Positions 51,136 to 61,298 of a stretch of DNA of 64,000 nt are shown in pieces; the first letter of the stretch is position 1, and each line of letters begins with the position of its first letter. Origin of the DNA: Minisyncoccota bacterium (lineage in GTDB: Bacteria > Patescibacteriota > Minisyncoccia > Phycocordibacterales > UBA9973); assembly GCA_041667145.1 (NCBI GenBank), contig JBAYFP010000002.1, positions 14,436 through 78,435 of the forward strand, written 5' to 3'. The translations under genes were made by a program, and so were the position numbers. The notes under the pieces are model-generated. The model saw only the letters and a program-made list of their open reading frames with translations. It searched no databases and was not told the DNA's origin.

Positions 51136-52344
51136 TTACGATATCCCTCCGGCAAGATTGTAAATAGGCATCAAGATAGATACTAGAAGCAACCCGACAC
51201 CAAGACCTAAAACCACTATCATGATAGGCTCAATAAGGCCAACGAGAGTGTCCACAGCATCATCTACCTCTCTTTTAAAGAAATCAGCTAAAGTTTTTAA
51301 AATTGTCCCCAATGAACCCGTCTCCTCTCCTATCTTTATCATTTGCACCATAATACCTGGCACTTCTTTTTGATGTTTTTCAAAAGCGAGTGAAAAAGAA
51401 AGCCCGGACTTTACTCCATCTGCCACATCCTTTAAGACATCTCTATAAACTCTACTACCGACGACATCTGCAGTGATATCTATCGCTCGGACAATAGGGA
51501 CGCCAGAAGTAAGCATCGTATCCATATTGTCGGCAATTCTCGAAAGATAAAGCTTAGTGTAAAGAGTACCTACTGCAGGAATAGAAAGACGTAATTTATC
51601 AAGATATACTTTCCCTGCCTCTGTTCTTGTAAGTCTCCATGTCCATATACCTAAAAGTATTAAAAATATAATCACAAGAAAACCATAATTAACAAAAAAG
51701 TTCGAAAGTCCAATGACTATCTTAGTATAGATAGGTGGCTCTTGTCCTGATTCAAGAATAATAGCTGATAGCTTCGGAATGACAACGACGAACATAAGTC
51801 CCATCACGACAAAAAATGTACAAATAACGAATATCGGATAAATAAGAGCATTTCTCGTCTTGGAAGTAAGAGAATATTGGCGATTTAAATAATCTGCCAA
51901 ATGATTAAAAATCTCATTCAATTTACCCGTCTCTTCTCCGACTCGCACCATGTTTACGTAAAAATCAGAAAAAACATCTGGGTGTTTGGATAACGCTTCT
52001 GAAATAGAAAGCCCGGCCTGAAGATCGTCACTTATCTCTGTAAGTTTAAATGATAAAATTTTATTCTCTGTATTAGCCGCCAACATAGAAAAAGCTTTAA
52101 GGGCAGAAACTTGCGCTTCAAATAAAGTAGAAATCTGACGAGATAGGACAACCACGTCTTTAGTCTTCACTCTATCAAAAAAAGACAAAGAGAAAATAGA
52201 TTTGCTTTTGCCTTCTTCTTTTATAGAAACAATAATAAACCCTCTTCGTTGAAGACCAGTAATAGCCGCGTCACGGTTTTGTGCATCGATTTCTCCTTCC
52301 TTGCTTATTCCTTTGTCATCTACTACTTTATATTTGAATAACAT
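51136..52344 (-). CDS. pilC: type IV pilus platform protein PilC (GspF family)
   Basis: Two GspF repeats and three TM segments; 402 aa. Confidence 0.85.
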   Translation of the reverse strand: MLFKYKVVDDKGISKEGEIDAQNRDAAITGLQRRGFIIVSIKEEGKSKSIFSLSFFDRVKTKDVVVLSRQISTLFEAQVSALKAFSMLAANTENKILSFKLTEISDDLQAGLSISEALSKHPDVFSDFYVNMVRVGEETGKLNEIFNHLADYLNRQYSLTSKTRNALIYPIFVICTFFVVMGLMFVVVIPKLSAIILESGQEPPIYTKIVIGLSNFFVNYGFLVIIFLILLGIWTWRLTRTEAGKVYLDKLRLSIPAVGTLYTKLYLSRIADNMDTMLTSGVPIVRAIDITADVVGSRVYRDVLKDVADGVKSGLSFSLAFEKHQKEVPGIMVQMIKIGEETGSLGTILKTLADFFKREVDDAVDTLVGLIEPIMIVVLGLGVGLLLVSILMPIYNLAGGIS

Positions 52345-52426
52345 ATTTAAGTTCTTAAAGTTTATAATGTTATAAAGTTAAAAGTATTTTCTTGATAACT
52401 TTATGAACTTGATAACTTTCAACTAC

Positions 52427-53485
52427 TCATATCATCCTCTCAAGACCTTTTGGATTGAGTGAATATTGATAAGCACTCTCTATAGTGATCTCTCCTGCAC
52501 GAACAAGCTCCATAAGAGAATGGTTTAAATCTATCATACCTCCCTCTGAACCTGTCTCTATTATCACATCTATCTCTTGAGTGCGTTTTTCTCGAATCAA
52601 ATTCGAAACTGCACTATTATTTAAAAGAAGCTCACAAGCTGGAATGAGCCCGCCGGTGATTCTAGGAATAAGTCTCTGAGAAAAAATACCAAGCAAACTT
52701 GAAGCGAGCTGAAGACGAATCTGATCTTGCTGACTACCGGGGAAAGAATCGATGATTCTATCTATCGTCTGTGAAGCATTGTTCGTATGAAGCGTCGAAA
52801 ATACTAAATGTCCTGTCTCTGCAGCTGTGACAGCTGTCGCAATGGTTTCTGGAGTACGCATCTCACCTATCATTATCACATTCACATCTTCACGAAAAAC
52901 TGATCTTAAGGCCGTAGAAAAATCTTTAGTATCAATACCGACTTCACGTTGGTCAATCATGGATTTATTTGGTGTATAAACATACTCGATAGGGTCTTCA
53001 ATGGTAATGATATGGCGAGCTTGTTCATTGTTTATAAGATTTATCATTGATGACAGAGTGGTAGATTTACCTTGCCCAACAGGACCAACCACTAAGAAAA
53101 AACCTTGTTTCTTGCGAGCCAGGTCAGCAATAATAGGAGGCAAATGTAAATCTTCGAGGGTCTTTACTTTAGGTACCAACCTGAAAGCAACACTAATCAA
53201 ACCTTTTTGGAAAAAAGCATTTCCACGTAGACGAGCTTCTCCTCGAAAATCATAAGAGAAATCTACTTCTTGATCTTCCATAAATTTATCTAATTTCTTT
53301 TTACCTAAAATCTCACCTAAAATACCAAGAACATCTTCTTGTGTCAAAACAGCATGCTTTAAAAGAAAAGTGAGCTCCCCTGCCACACGAATAGCCGGGA
53401 CCTTCCCGACACCTAAATGTAAATCTGACCCACTCGCATGGATAACAGTTAAAATAAGTTCTTCAAGTTCTTTTTTATAGTCCAT
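52427..53485 (-). CDS. pilT: twitching-motility retraction ATPase PilT
   Basis: GFFLVVGPVGQGKSTTLSSMI (Walker A), Asp box, and His box. It is 352 aa, typical of PilT. Confidence 0.85.
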   Translation of the reverse strand: MDYKKELEELILTVIHASGSDLHLGVGKVPAIRVAGELTFLLKHAVLTQEDVLGILGEILGKKKLDKFMEDQEVDFSYDFRGEARLRGNAFFQKGLISVAFRLVPKVKTLEDLHLPPIIADLARKKQGFFLVVGPVGQGKSTTLSSMINLINNEQARHIITIEDPIEYVYTPNKSMIDQREVGIDTKDFSTALRSVFREDVNVIMIGEMRTPETIATAVTAAETGHLVFSTLHTNNASQTIDRIIDSFPGSQQDQIRLQLASSLLGIFSQRLIPRITGGLIPACELLLNNSAVSNLIREKRTQEIDVIIETGSEGGMIDLNHSLMELVRAGEITIESAYQYSLNPKGLERMI

Positions 53486-53496
53486 ATTTATAATTT

Positions 53497-53898
53497 TTAT
53501 TTTTTATCAATACCCTTTTTTGATAAAATCTCTATTACTTGGTTTACTACCTCTGTAGGAGTGGAATTCGCTTTTACTATATATCCAGACACTCCTAGAC
53601 TATTCCCTTTATCGATATCTTCCTGCTGGCTTTTGTTAGACAAAATTATCTTTATGGAATCAGGAGATAGATTCTCTTTATTTATTTTACTCAACATTTC
53701 AAAACCATCCATAAGAGGCATAATAACATCCAATAAAATGATCTCAGGTTTTAATCCATCTTGAAGCTTTTCGATAGATTGCAATCCACTTAAAGCAGTA
53801 TAAACTTCAAAATTGTTCTGACTAAACTTAAATGCATACATATCTAAGAGAAATGTATCGTCATCAACTATTAAAATTTTTCTTTTTTCACCTTCCAT
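53497..53898 (-). CDS. single-domain response regulator (CheY/PilH-like receiver)
   Basis: KILIVDDDTFLLDMY...ILLDVIMPLMDGFEM shows a receiver domain with the phospho-acceptor Asp. Confidence 0.8.
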   Translation of the reverse strand: MEGEKRKILIVDDDTFLLDMYAFKFSQNNFEVYTALSGLQSIEKLQDGLKPEIILLDVIMPLMDGFEMLSKINKENLSPDSIKIILSNKSQQEDIDKGNSLGVSGYIVKANSTPTEVVNQVIEILSKKGIDKK

Positions 53899-53970
53899 AT
53901 ATTATATAGGACTAATTATATTATAAAATGACCTTTAATAAAAGAGCTCTCTATCTCCTCTGTGGACAAC

Positions 53971-55725
53971 TTAATCATTTTCACTTATAAAATTAAAGGC
54001 TTCTTTGAGAGGAATGACGCCCTCGATAGCTTTGAGTAATGCATCTTCTTTCATCATAAGCATACCATTACTACGAGCCGACTTATAAATCTCAGAACCG
54101 ACTGGGTGTTTCAAAATTACTTCTTGCATTTCTTTATTTATCTTAAACATTTCAAATACAGCGATACGACCACGTGTGCCAGAAGGACATTCTGGAGATG
54201 GAACAGTATCATACATCTCATCTTTAATAATTATTTCTTTTCTAAATTCTTCTGGTAAATCTTTTAATTCATCTTCAATTTGCAACTTAATACTTGGATC
54301 TAATTTGATAAGTTTACGGGAAGCAGGATAAGTCATCCTAGCTAGACGTTGAGCAACAGATAAAATAAGTGTCGGTGCTATAAGATACGGATCGACACCC
54401 ATATCTACAAGTCTAGGGATAGCTCCTATCGCATTGTTTGTATGAAGCGTCGAAAGCACGAGGTGCCCTGTCAAAGCTGCCTGAATAGCAAGCTGTGCCG
54501 TCTCTTTATCTCGTATTTCTCCGACCATGATCACATCAGGATCTTGACGAAGGATGGAACGAAGTCCAGAGGCAAATGTATACCCTATCTCTGGCATCAT
54601 TTGGGACTGGTTTATATCAGGCATATGATACTCGACTGGATCTTCTAGAGATACGATATTACTTTTCTCTTTATTGAGTTCATTCATCATTGAATACAAT
54701 GTCGTAGACTTACCAGACCCTGTAGGACCGGTAATCAAAATAAGTCCGTATGGTTTAGTCAAAGCTTCCCTCAACATTTCGAGATTTCTTTTTGATAACC
54801 CTAATTGGTCAAGAGGCTTGACCCCCTTCTCTGCATCCAAGATACGAATAACTACTTTTTCACCATAATATGCAGGCATCGTAGAAACACGGAAATCGAT
54901 CTTATGTCCGTCGAGAGTAGTACTAAAAGCTCCGTCTTGAGGTTTTCTCTTTTCATCCAAACGTAATTTAGCTAATATTTTTATACGAGCCACTATCCCA
55001 TTGTAAACATTTGGTGGTAAAACTATACTCGTATAAAGAGAGCCGTCTAAACGAAAACGTACTTTCACTTTTTCTCCCGTATTTTCTATGTGTATATCAG
55101 AAGCATTACCTTCTATCGCATTACGCAAAATAACTGCTACGATCTTTATCACTGGAGCATCTTCTACTATCTTTGTTTCATCCTTTAATTTTGGATTTCT
55201 AATTTCTTTATCTAAAGTATTGAGTTCACTAGAACTTTTCTCTTCAGTCGTCTCATCTTTATTGAGCTCTTGAAGCGCTTCTTCCACTTGGACAGATACA
55301 CCCCTATAACTCTCCATTATATTTTTATAATCTTTATTGGAAATAAGAAAAATCTTAAAAGGAATTCCGAGCTTGGCTGAAATAAATTGCAATGCATCAA
55401 AAGCTTGCGTATTTTCTCCATCAGTAATACCAACTTCGAGCACTCCCTCTTTTAATTCAATCGGTACAAAACGATAATGTATCGCCGCATCTTCGGGAAT
55501 ATATTTCAAGGCGTTAAAAAAAGATCCATCTTTAGCATCTACTTTTTTTATTGGCATGTGTAAATACTCACCCTTAGATTCAAGTATTTTCTCTTCTGTA
55601 ATACCAATCTCAATCAAAGCATCATCTAAATTACCCGCATACTTTTCTTTAGCAAGATTTTTAATCTCATTTATTTGGCTACTATTGATTATGCCTTTTT
55701 TTACTAATTCTTCTAATAGACTCAT
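53971..55725 (-). CDS. pilB: type IV pilus assembly ATPase PilB (GspE family)
   Basis: N1/N2 domains, LITGPTGSGKSTTLYSM (Walker A), and a tetra-Cys zinc motif region. It is 584 aa. Confidence 0.88.
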   Translation of the reverse strand: MSLLEELVKKGIINSSQINEIKNLAKEKYAGNLDDALIEIGITEEKILESKGEYLHMPIKKVDAKDGSFFNALKYIPEDAAIHYRFVPIELKEGVLEVGITDGENTQAFDALQFISAKLGIPFKIFLISNKDYKNIMESYRGVSVQVEEALQELNKDETTEEKSSSELNTLDKEIRNPKLKDETKIVEDAPVIKIVAVILRNAIEGNASDIHIENTGEKVKVRFRLDGSLYTSIVLPPNVYNGIVARIKILAKLRLDEKRKPQDGAFSTTLDGHKIDFRVSTMPAYYGEKVVIRILDAEKGVKPLDQLGLSKRNLEMLREALTKPYGLILITGPTGSGKSTTLYSMMNELNKEKSNIVSLEDPVEYHMPDINQSQMMPEIGYTFASGLRSILRQDPDVIMVGEIRDKETAQLAIQAALTGHLVLSTLHTNNAIGAIPRLVDMGVDPYLIAPTLILSVAQRLARMTYPASRKLIKLDPSIKLQIEDELKDLPEEFRKEIIIKDEMYDTVPSPECPSGTRGRIAVFEMFKINKEMQEVILKHPVGSEIYKSARSNGMLMMKEDALLKAIEGVIPLKEAFNFISEND

Positions 55726-55732
55726 AATTAAT

Positions 55733-56353
55733 TTATGGCTGTGCTGGAGGTGGCGTGATACAGGTATTGGTTTCTACGTCTAAAATCTTTGGTGACTTGC
55801 AGACTAGTGGGGTAACACATTTATTTGTAGAAGGATTTAAAACCTTCGGTGATTTACAGACTGGAGCCGGAGCAACACAAGTATTTGTGACAAGATCTAA
55901 AACTTCAGGGAGAACACAAGTAAGTACTGCTGGAGTAGCACAGGTATTGGTAGAAGTATCCAACACTTGAGGTGGTGTACAAGTAATAACTGCTGGCGCT
56001 ACAGGTACAACAACAGGATCAGAACCAATCGGGGCAAAAGGATTTGGCCTCCCTTCGTCCCCAGAGGCAACGAGCAAAATGCTAGAATCACGAAGATTAT
56101 TAAAAGAAGCATCTGAAAAAATAGCATCATCTAATTTTATATTTTTAACATTTAACAAAACAGAAAGAAAATCTCTAGTGAGGGCAGAATTCTGATCAAT
56201 GGTACTTGTATCTCCAGATGTACTAGTAGTAGTAATCGGGGAGGAAGTTAAATTAGCCTCTTCGGGGGCTTTCTTAATAAAGAAAATATAAATCAAAATC
56301 AAAACAGCTGCTATCACCGTAAATAATATTATGTTTTTTATTTTTGAAGCCAT
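55733..56353 (-). CDS. membrane-anchored protein with C-terminal tandem Cys repeats (CxxPxVLDxxTNxC), inside the pilus operon
   Basis: N-terminal TM helix, then about 5 tandem ~13-aa repeats (CTPPQVLDTSTNTC / CVLPEVLDLVTNTC / CKSPKVLNPSTNKC / CKSPKILDVETNTC). There is a matching ~39-nt DNA periodicity at 55755-55990. Confidence 0.6.
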   Translation of the reverse strand: MASKIKNIILFTVIAAVLILIYIFFIKKAPEEANLTSSPITTTSTSGDTSTIDQNSALTRDFLSVLLNVKNIKLDDAIFSDASFNNLRDSSILLVASGDEGRPNPFAPIGSDPVVVPVAPAVITCTPPQVLDTSTNTCATPAVLTCVLPEVLDLVTNTCVAPAPVCKSPKVLNPSTNKCVTPLVCKSPKILDVETNTCITPPPAQP

Positions 56354-56354
56354 T

Positions 56355-56945
56355 TTAATTTTTTAACCAATAAGTTTTAATTTTAAAACTATACTTATAA
56401 GCCTCAGACTGTAGAGACGACTTCGTATCTGTCCCTGTGCTTGAAGAAAATTGAATAGAAAATATATCTACAATTCTTAAATTACTCTCTAAATCTTTTA
56501 TAAAATTAATAAAATTGTTATAAGTCCCTTGAGTAGAGAATTCTAGATCCCAGGTACCATAATCTTTATTGGAAGAATTTGCCACCGTAGTCTGGGTAGT
56601 AGTGCCCGCAGTATCTTTCGTAGTAAACGTACTATATTTGACATCCTTAAGAACCATACCATAAGGTGATGCTATCTTTTCTATCTCTAAAATCAAACGA
56701 ATGTTGTCGACACTATCTGGCAAAAACTTCTGAAGCTTAGACAAATTTTCTAAATCAAATGAATTATATTTTTGTGTTAATTTATCTCTTTCAGCTTCAA
56801 GGGCTTTCGAATTATCAAGTGCCTCATTGTAAGATGCTACCTGGTCTCTTTCTAAAGTAATATTTTTATAATAAGGACTGGCAATAGTAAAAAACCCTAC
56901 TACTGCGACTCCTATTAAAATGGTTGGCAATATATATCTAAACAT
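56355..56945 (-). CDS. pilO: PilO-like pilus assembly protein
   Basis: N-terminal TM helix, a coiled coil, and its position downstream of pilN. Confidence 0.6.
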   Translation of the reverse strand: MFRYILPTILIGVAVVGFFTIASPYYKNITLERDQVASYNEALDNSKALEAERDKLTQKYNSFDLENLSKLQKFLPDSVDNIRLILEIEKIASPYGMVLKDVKYSTFTTKDTAGTTTQTTVANSSNKDYGTWDLEFSTQGTYNNFINFIKDLESNLRIVDIFSIQFSSSTGTDTKSSLQSEAYKYSFKIKTYWLKN

Positions 56946-56948
56946 AAA

Positions 56949-57617
56949 TTAATTTAATATCCCCTCTGTGTTTAAGGGTGCATCTATAGGATTGTCTGTC
57001 GTGACTTTTTGTGTCTGTTTGTAATTAACAAAATCTGGATCGACCGAAAAATCTAAATCAAAATTGACATTACCTTTGTCATCGAGAGAAAGATTGGAAA
57101 ATACTGGATCGATAAAAGATTTAGCTTTCGCTGTAAAAAGATCTGATTGAAGTGCTACAGAACGATAGCCATCTGAGGTACCACTCATCTTTATAACAAT
57201 TTTCGAATTTTTACTACCGTCAAAATCATAACTAAACTTCGTATAGCTAATGGTCTTCATTGTGATCAATTGAAGTTCTTTGAAAATAGGAGAAATAGCA
57301 ATGTGTTTAGATAAAATCTCATTTGAAGCATTCAAACGTTTGTCTAGGACTTGGAGTTGAACTATTTTTGATGGTTCAAAACGTGTTTTGGCTAGGTTCA
57401 AATCATTCTCCATTTGAACAATGTTCTTTTTTAAAATACCATCATAGAAATAAAGACCACCTGATGCGATAAGCATTGTAAAAAAAACAAAAATGGAAAA
57501 AATAGTCAGAAGACCAATCGGTCGCGAAGATACTGCCCGTTCCTCAATCATCGGTTTTTTAGGTATAAAAGATGTTTGAAAATTTTGCTCCATTTTATTT
57601 ATTATATTCTCCCTCAA
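56949..57617 (-). CDS. pilN: PilN-like pilus assembly protein
   Basis: N-terminal TM helix plus a periplasmic-type domain; immediately after pilM. Confidence 0.6.
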   Translation of the reverse strand: MRENIINKMEQNFQTSFIPKKPMIEERAVSSRPIGLLTIFSIFVFFTMLIASGGLYFYDGILKKNIVQMENDLNLAKTRFEPSKIVQLQVLDKRLNASNEILSKHIAISPIFKELQLITMKTISYTKFSYDFDGSKNSKIVIKMSGTSDGYRSVALQSDLFTAKAKSFIDPVFSNLSLDDKGNVNFDLDFSVDPDFVNYKQTQKVTTDNPIDAPLNTEGILN

Positions 57618-57626
57618 TTATCGCAT

Positions 57627-58763
57627 TTATTGCAATTTACGCAAGGCTAATCCTAATGCAACTGCAAATTCTGGACCCGTAGTCTCCAAAACCTTCCCCA
57701 AAAACTCAGGTGCACCAACTTTTGAAAAAGGATGTCCTATTTCTACCTCTGCCCTGAAGTTATTTGCTGCTACTTCTTTTAATCCTTTTAAGAGTGACCC
57801 ACCACCTGTAAATATTACTTTGCTGATAGTTCTGTTGTACTTCTTCTCGTACCCTAATAATACATTATTTGTCTCTGAAAAGATATAATCGATATGCACT
57901 TTTATGATATCTGCCAAGGTTTTATCATCTGGATTTTCAAAAAGACCAAATTCTTTCTTCATTTCTTCAGCTTTCGCAAATGTTACATCTAAAGATTTAG
58001 AAATAGACGAAGAAATGTCAGCTCCACCACGATTTATCGTGTGATAACTTTTTACCATACCAAACTCTACGAGAGAAAGCTTCGTACTCAATGCACCAAA
58101 ATCCATCAAAAGTACTAGAGAGAGCTCATGTTCAAAATTTGCCCGAACTGAAGAAAAAATCTCGATTTCGAAAAATCCAGCTTCTAGGTTTGACTGAGAA
58201 ACAATAGAGCGATATTTTGAAATTGCATCATTTTGAATAGCAACAACGAAAACTTCCGTCTTCTCGGGTAATAGTGCGGAAGGATCAGGATTGTTGGCCT
58301 CTTCAAAAGAGGATTGTTTTTTAGGAATTATAAAGTAATCTAACGAAACTTCTGTGATGGGTACTGGAATATATTTACGAGCTTCTGTGGGTATGATAGA
58401 GGCTATCTCACTCTCTTTCACTTGAGGAGGAAGCTCTATAGAAAAAATCAAACTTGATTGCACTGGGATAGAAAAAGCAGAAGAAGTAGTCGTCACTCCA
58501 GATTGTTTTAAAACTTCTTTCAAGGCTTCGGCTATCTTTTCGACAGGGAGATTTGTGACACGCCCTACATCAAGCTCTCCGTACGAACCTAAAGAAATTG
58601 ATCCATAGGTCTCAAGGACAGCTTTACCTCCTTTCTTTTTTATCTCCACCACTTTAATGGCAGAAGAACCGATGTCTATACCGACAGCGCTATCTCCTCC
58701 ACCACCTTTGAAAAGGTTTAAATTCGAAATAAAATTTTTGACTTGATTAACTGGATTATCCAT
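57627..58763 (-). CDS. pilM: type IV pilus assembly ATPase-fold protein PilM
   Basis: An actin-like fold (VGIDIGSSAIKVVEI...; DFGALSTKLSLVE). The ORF track extends to 58892; I prefer the ATG at 58761-58763. Confidence 0.8.
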   Translation of the reverse strand: MDNPVNQVKNFISNLNLFKGGGGDSAVGIDIGSSAIKVVEIKKKGGKAVLETYGSISLGSYGELDVGRVTNLPVEKIAEALKEVLKQSGVTTTSSAFSIPVQSSLIFSIELPPQVKESEIASIIPTEARKYIPVPITEVSLDYFIIPKKQSSFEEANNPDPSALLPEKTEVFVVAIQNDAISKYRSIVSQSNLEAGFFEIEIFSSVRANFEHELSLVLLMDFGALSTKLSLVEFGMVKSYHTINRGGADISSSISKSLDVTFAKAEEMKKEFGLFENPDDKTLADIIKVHIDYIFSETNNVLLGYEKKYNRTISKVIFTGGGSLLKGLKEVAANNFRAEVEIGHPFSKVGAPEFLGKVLETTGPEFAVALGLALRKLQ

Positions 58764-58767
58764 TTTC

Positions 58768-59469
58768 TTGAAAGAATTTATGTTAAAATACTCCTTAATT
58801 ATAACATATATGCATTTTTTAAACACCATACTTAATGTCGTTTTCCCTGTGAATTGCATTTCTTGCGGGAAGAATGGCTCAGATTTATGCAAAAAATGTC
58901 TCGTAGATTCTCCTTATGCTGAAAGAGAAAGTGCCAACTGGATATTCCCACTTTTTGATTATCGTCATATACCTATCAAAAAATCAATTTGGCTTTTAAA
59001 GTACAAGGGTAAAAAGAAATTAGCTGGCATCTTCGCAGAAATCATTTATGAAAAAATAATTGAAGAGCTTTCGGAGTTAAGTGTAATGAAAAACTTTCGT
59101 GAACCAATATTGATTCCTATTCCCCTATCTCCTAAAAGACATAGAGAGCGTGGATATAATCAAGCAGAACTAATTTGTAAAGAATTAATGAAAGTAAACG
59201 ATCTACGCCATGGCGTAAATATGCAATTAGAGAAAAATATTTTAATAAAAATAAAAGAAACAGAACATCAAGCAAATATAAAAGAAAGAAAAGATAGACT
59301 AAAAAATCTTTCAGGCTCTTTCGCTGTAAAAAATGGAGAAACTATAAAAGGGAGAAATATAATACTGATAGATGATGTGCTGACTACTGGGGCAACATTG
59401 AGTGAAGCTAAAAAAACATTGAAACAATACGGCGCTAAAAAAGTAATTGCCTTTACTGTGGCACATTAA
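58768..59469 (+). CDS. comFC: ComF family competence protein (ComFC-like phosphoribosyltransferase)
   Basis: N-terminal zinc ribbon (CISCGKN...CKKC) and the PRTase motif IILIDDVLTTGATL. The start is uncertain; in-frame ATGs lie at 58780 and 58810. It is divergent from the pilus operon. Confidence 0.8.
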   Translation: MKEFMLKYSLIITYMHFLNTILNVVFPVNCISCGKNGSDLCKKCLVDSPYAERESANWIFPLFDYRHIPIKKSIWLLKYKGKKKLAGIFAEIIYEKIIEELSELSVMKNFREPILIPIPLSPKRHRERGYNQAELICKELMKVNDLRHGVNMQLEKNILIKIKETEHQANIKERKDRLKNLSGSFAVKNGETIKGRNIILIDDVLTTGATLSEAKKTLKQYGAKKVIAFTVAH

Positions 59470-59537
59470 TAAATTAAATAAATCAAAATGTCTCTCCAAA
59501 TCATTTAACTTGGAGAGACATTGGGAAAACTAATTAC

Positions 59538-59864
59538 TTACACAGTCACATTTTCTTCATTCTCGATTGTGATTCCGAAAAATTTGAGATGTTCCCGTAC
59601 CACATCCGAATGAATAAATGTACTCGGCATTGATACCCCTGCAATATTAGCATGGTGGACAAAATAATCATCTCCACCATGAGTATCAAACAGAGTTATT
59701 GACTCTCTTGCAAAGTGAACCGCCTCTGATCGATCGCCTCTTTTGGCATACAGTATCGAAAGGGCATATGCAAGCTCTGCAGCTTCACGTGGATTGACAT
59801 TCTTTGAAGATTCGAATTTATTTTTCAGAATGTCGCGTGAAAATTCTTCTACTTTTTCAATCAT
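59538..59864 (-). CDS. hypothetical protein
   Basis: 108-aa ORF with no recognisable domain. Confidence 0.4.
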   Translation of the reverse strand: MIEKVEEFSRDILKNKFESSKNVNPREAAELAYALSILYAKRGDRSEAVHFARESITLFDTHGGDDYFVHHANIAGVSMPSTFIHSDVVREHLKFFGITIENEENVTV

Positions 59865-60288
59865 AGTAATTTTCCTTCTTTGGATAATTTATGAAAAATG
59901 TGGACTTCAAGGTACCAAACTTCTTAGAATTAGAAGATTTTTATGGTTTGCTTAATTATACACTCTTAAATAGAAAAGTAAAGGGTTCTTATGGTTCGCT
60001 ATCCTTGAAATTAAACAAATTTTAGATAATAAATTGCATAAAAAATTGAATATGCTATCATAAACTTATGTTATTGAAGCGAAAAATTAACCTTTGCCCC
60101 GTCCTCCATCCTACAATTGGGTGGTTGGTTTTTGCGCTTAAAAATTCTCTCTAAAAATATCTTGATTGCAAACACGGACCACTCAAATGGTCCTTTTTTG
60201 TTCTTCAAATATTTTTGTTCTTATCTGTTCTTTCAAAAAATTTATTTCTAAATAAAATAATATATAACTAAATATAAAGGGTTACGCT

Positions 60289-60435
60289 ATGAAAAAAAGA
60301 TTATCTATACTAATCGTGTTCACCTCTTGTTTAATCTATGTTTCAATTTTTGAGGAATGCATAATAAAATTATGTGCCCCGAAGATGTATTCACAAATTA
60401 AGAGAAAAAGAGATGTTGGATGCGGGTGGACGTGA
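60289..60435 (+). CDS. candidate small secreted Cys-containing peptide (48 aa)
   Basis: ATG at 60289 translates to MKKRLSILIVFTSCLIYVSIFEECIIKLCAPKMYSQIKRKRDVGCGWT*. It is not in the ORF track (under the length cut-off). It has a signal-peptide-like N-terminus and a strong terminator 10 nt downstream. Confidence 0.3.
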   Translation: MKKRLSILIVFTSCLIYVSIFEECIIKLCAPKMYSQIKRKRDVGCGWT

Positions 60436-60445
60436 GGTTAATCAC

Positions 60446-60488
60446 AATTGCCTCGGCTGGTTTCCAGCCGAGGCAATTTATTTTTTAA
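60446..60488 (+). terminator. strong intrinsic terminator
   Basis: Perfect 15-bp stem aattgcctcggctgg-ttt-ccagccgaggcaatt, followed by tattttttaa. Confidence 0.8.
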
Positions 60489-60541
60489 AGATCAAAAAAA
60501 TATAACTTTGTAAAAATTTTACTACGAGGTATACTTAGTAT

Positions 60542-61294
60542 ATGGAAAATGAAACAAAAGTGGAAAGTAAAAAATTATCAATCCCCATGGCTATTATCAT
60601 AGCTGGTTTTTTAATTGCAGGAGCAGTATATTTTTCTTCAGACAAAACACTAAATATTCCTACGAATAACAATGGATTAGCCATCACAACCTTAGCCCCA
60701 GTCAGTAAAGAAGACAGAGTGCTCGGTAACAAAAACGCAAAAATTACTTTGATAGTGTATGCCGACTTTCAATGTCCATATTGTGGAGCAGTCTCTGGGC
60801 TTTTAAAACCAAATTCCCCAGCAATTCAATATTTAAAAAAAATAGACCCTACATGGATTCCTTTTATGTCTGAAGTAAATAATTATATAAAGAATGGAGA
60901 TGTAAAGTTTGTTTATCGTGATTGGGCATTTCTAGGGGCAGAATCCGTAAAGTCTGCTGAAGCAGCAAGATGTGCAGGAGATCAAAATAAATTTTGGGAA
61001 TATCATGATTACCTTTACTCACACCAAAATGGAGAAAATGAAGGAGGTTTTTCTGATTCTAATTTAAAATCTTTTGCAAAAAACCTCAGTTTGGATACAA
61101 CAACCTTCGATCAATGTCTCGATAGTAATAAATATCAACAAGCAGTTACAAATTCCAAAAATGAAGGTATGACTGCTGGTGTAACAGGAACACCAAAAGG
61201 ATTTATACTAAAAAATGACAAAATTGTCGGCACCATCGATGGGGCAGAATCAGGAACTACCGTAAAACAAAAAATAGACACTGCCCTTAAATAA
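60542..61294 (+). CDS. DsbA/BdbD-family thiol:disulfide oxidoreductase, membrane-anchored
   Basis: N-terminal TM helix; the thioredoxin-fold active site is FQCPYCGAV (CPYC). Confidence 0.8.
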   Translation: MENETKVESKKLSIPMAIIIAGFLIAGAVYFSSDKTLNIPTNNNGLAITTLAPVSKEDRVLGNKNAKITLIVYADFQCPYCGAVSGLLKPNSPAIQYLKKIDPTWIPFMSEVNNYIKNGDVKFVYRDWAFLGAESVKSAEAARCAGDQNKFWEYHDYLYSHQNGENEGGFSDSNLKSFAKNLSLDTTTFDQCLDSNKYQQAVTNSKNEGMTAGVTGTPKGFILKNDKIVGTIDGAESGTTVKQKIDTALK

Positions 61295-61298
61295 TAAA

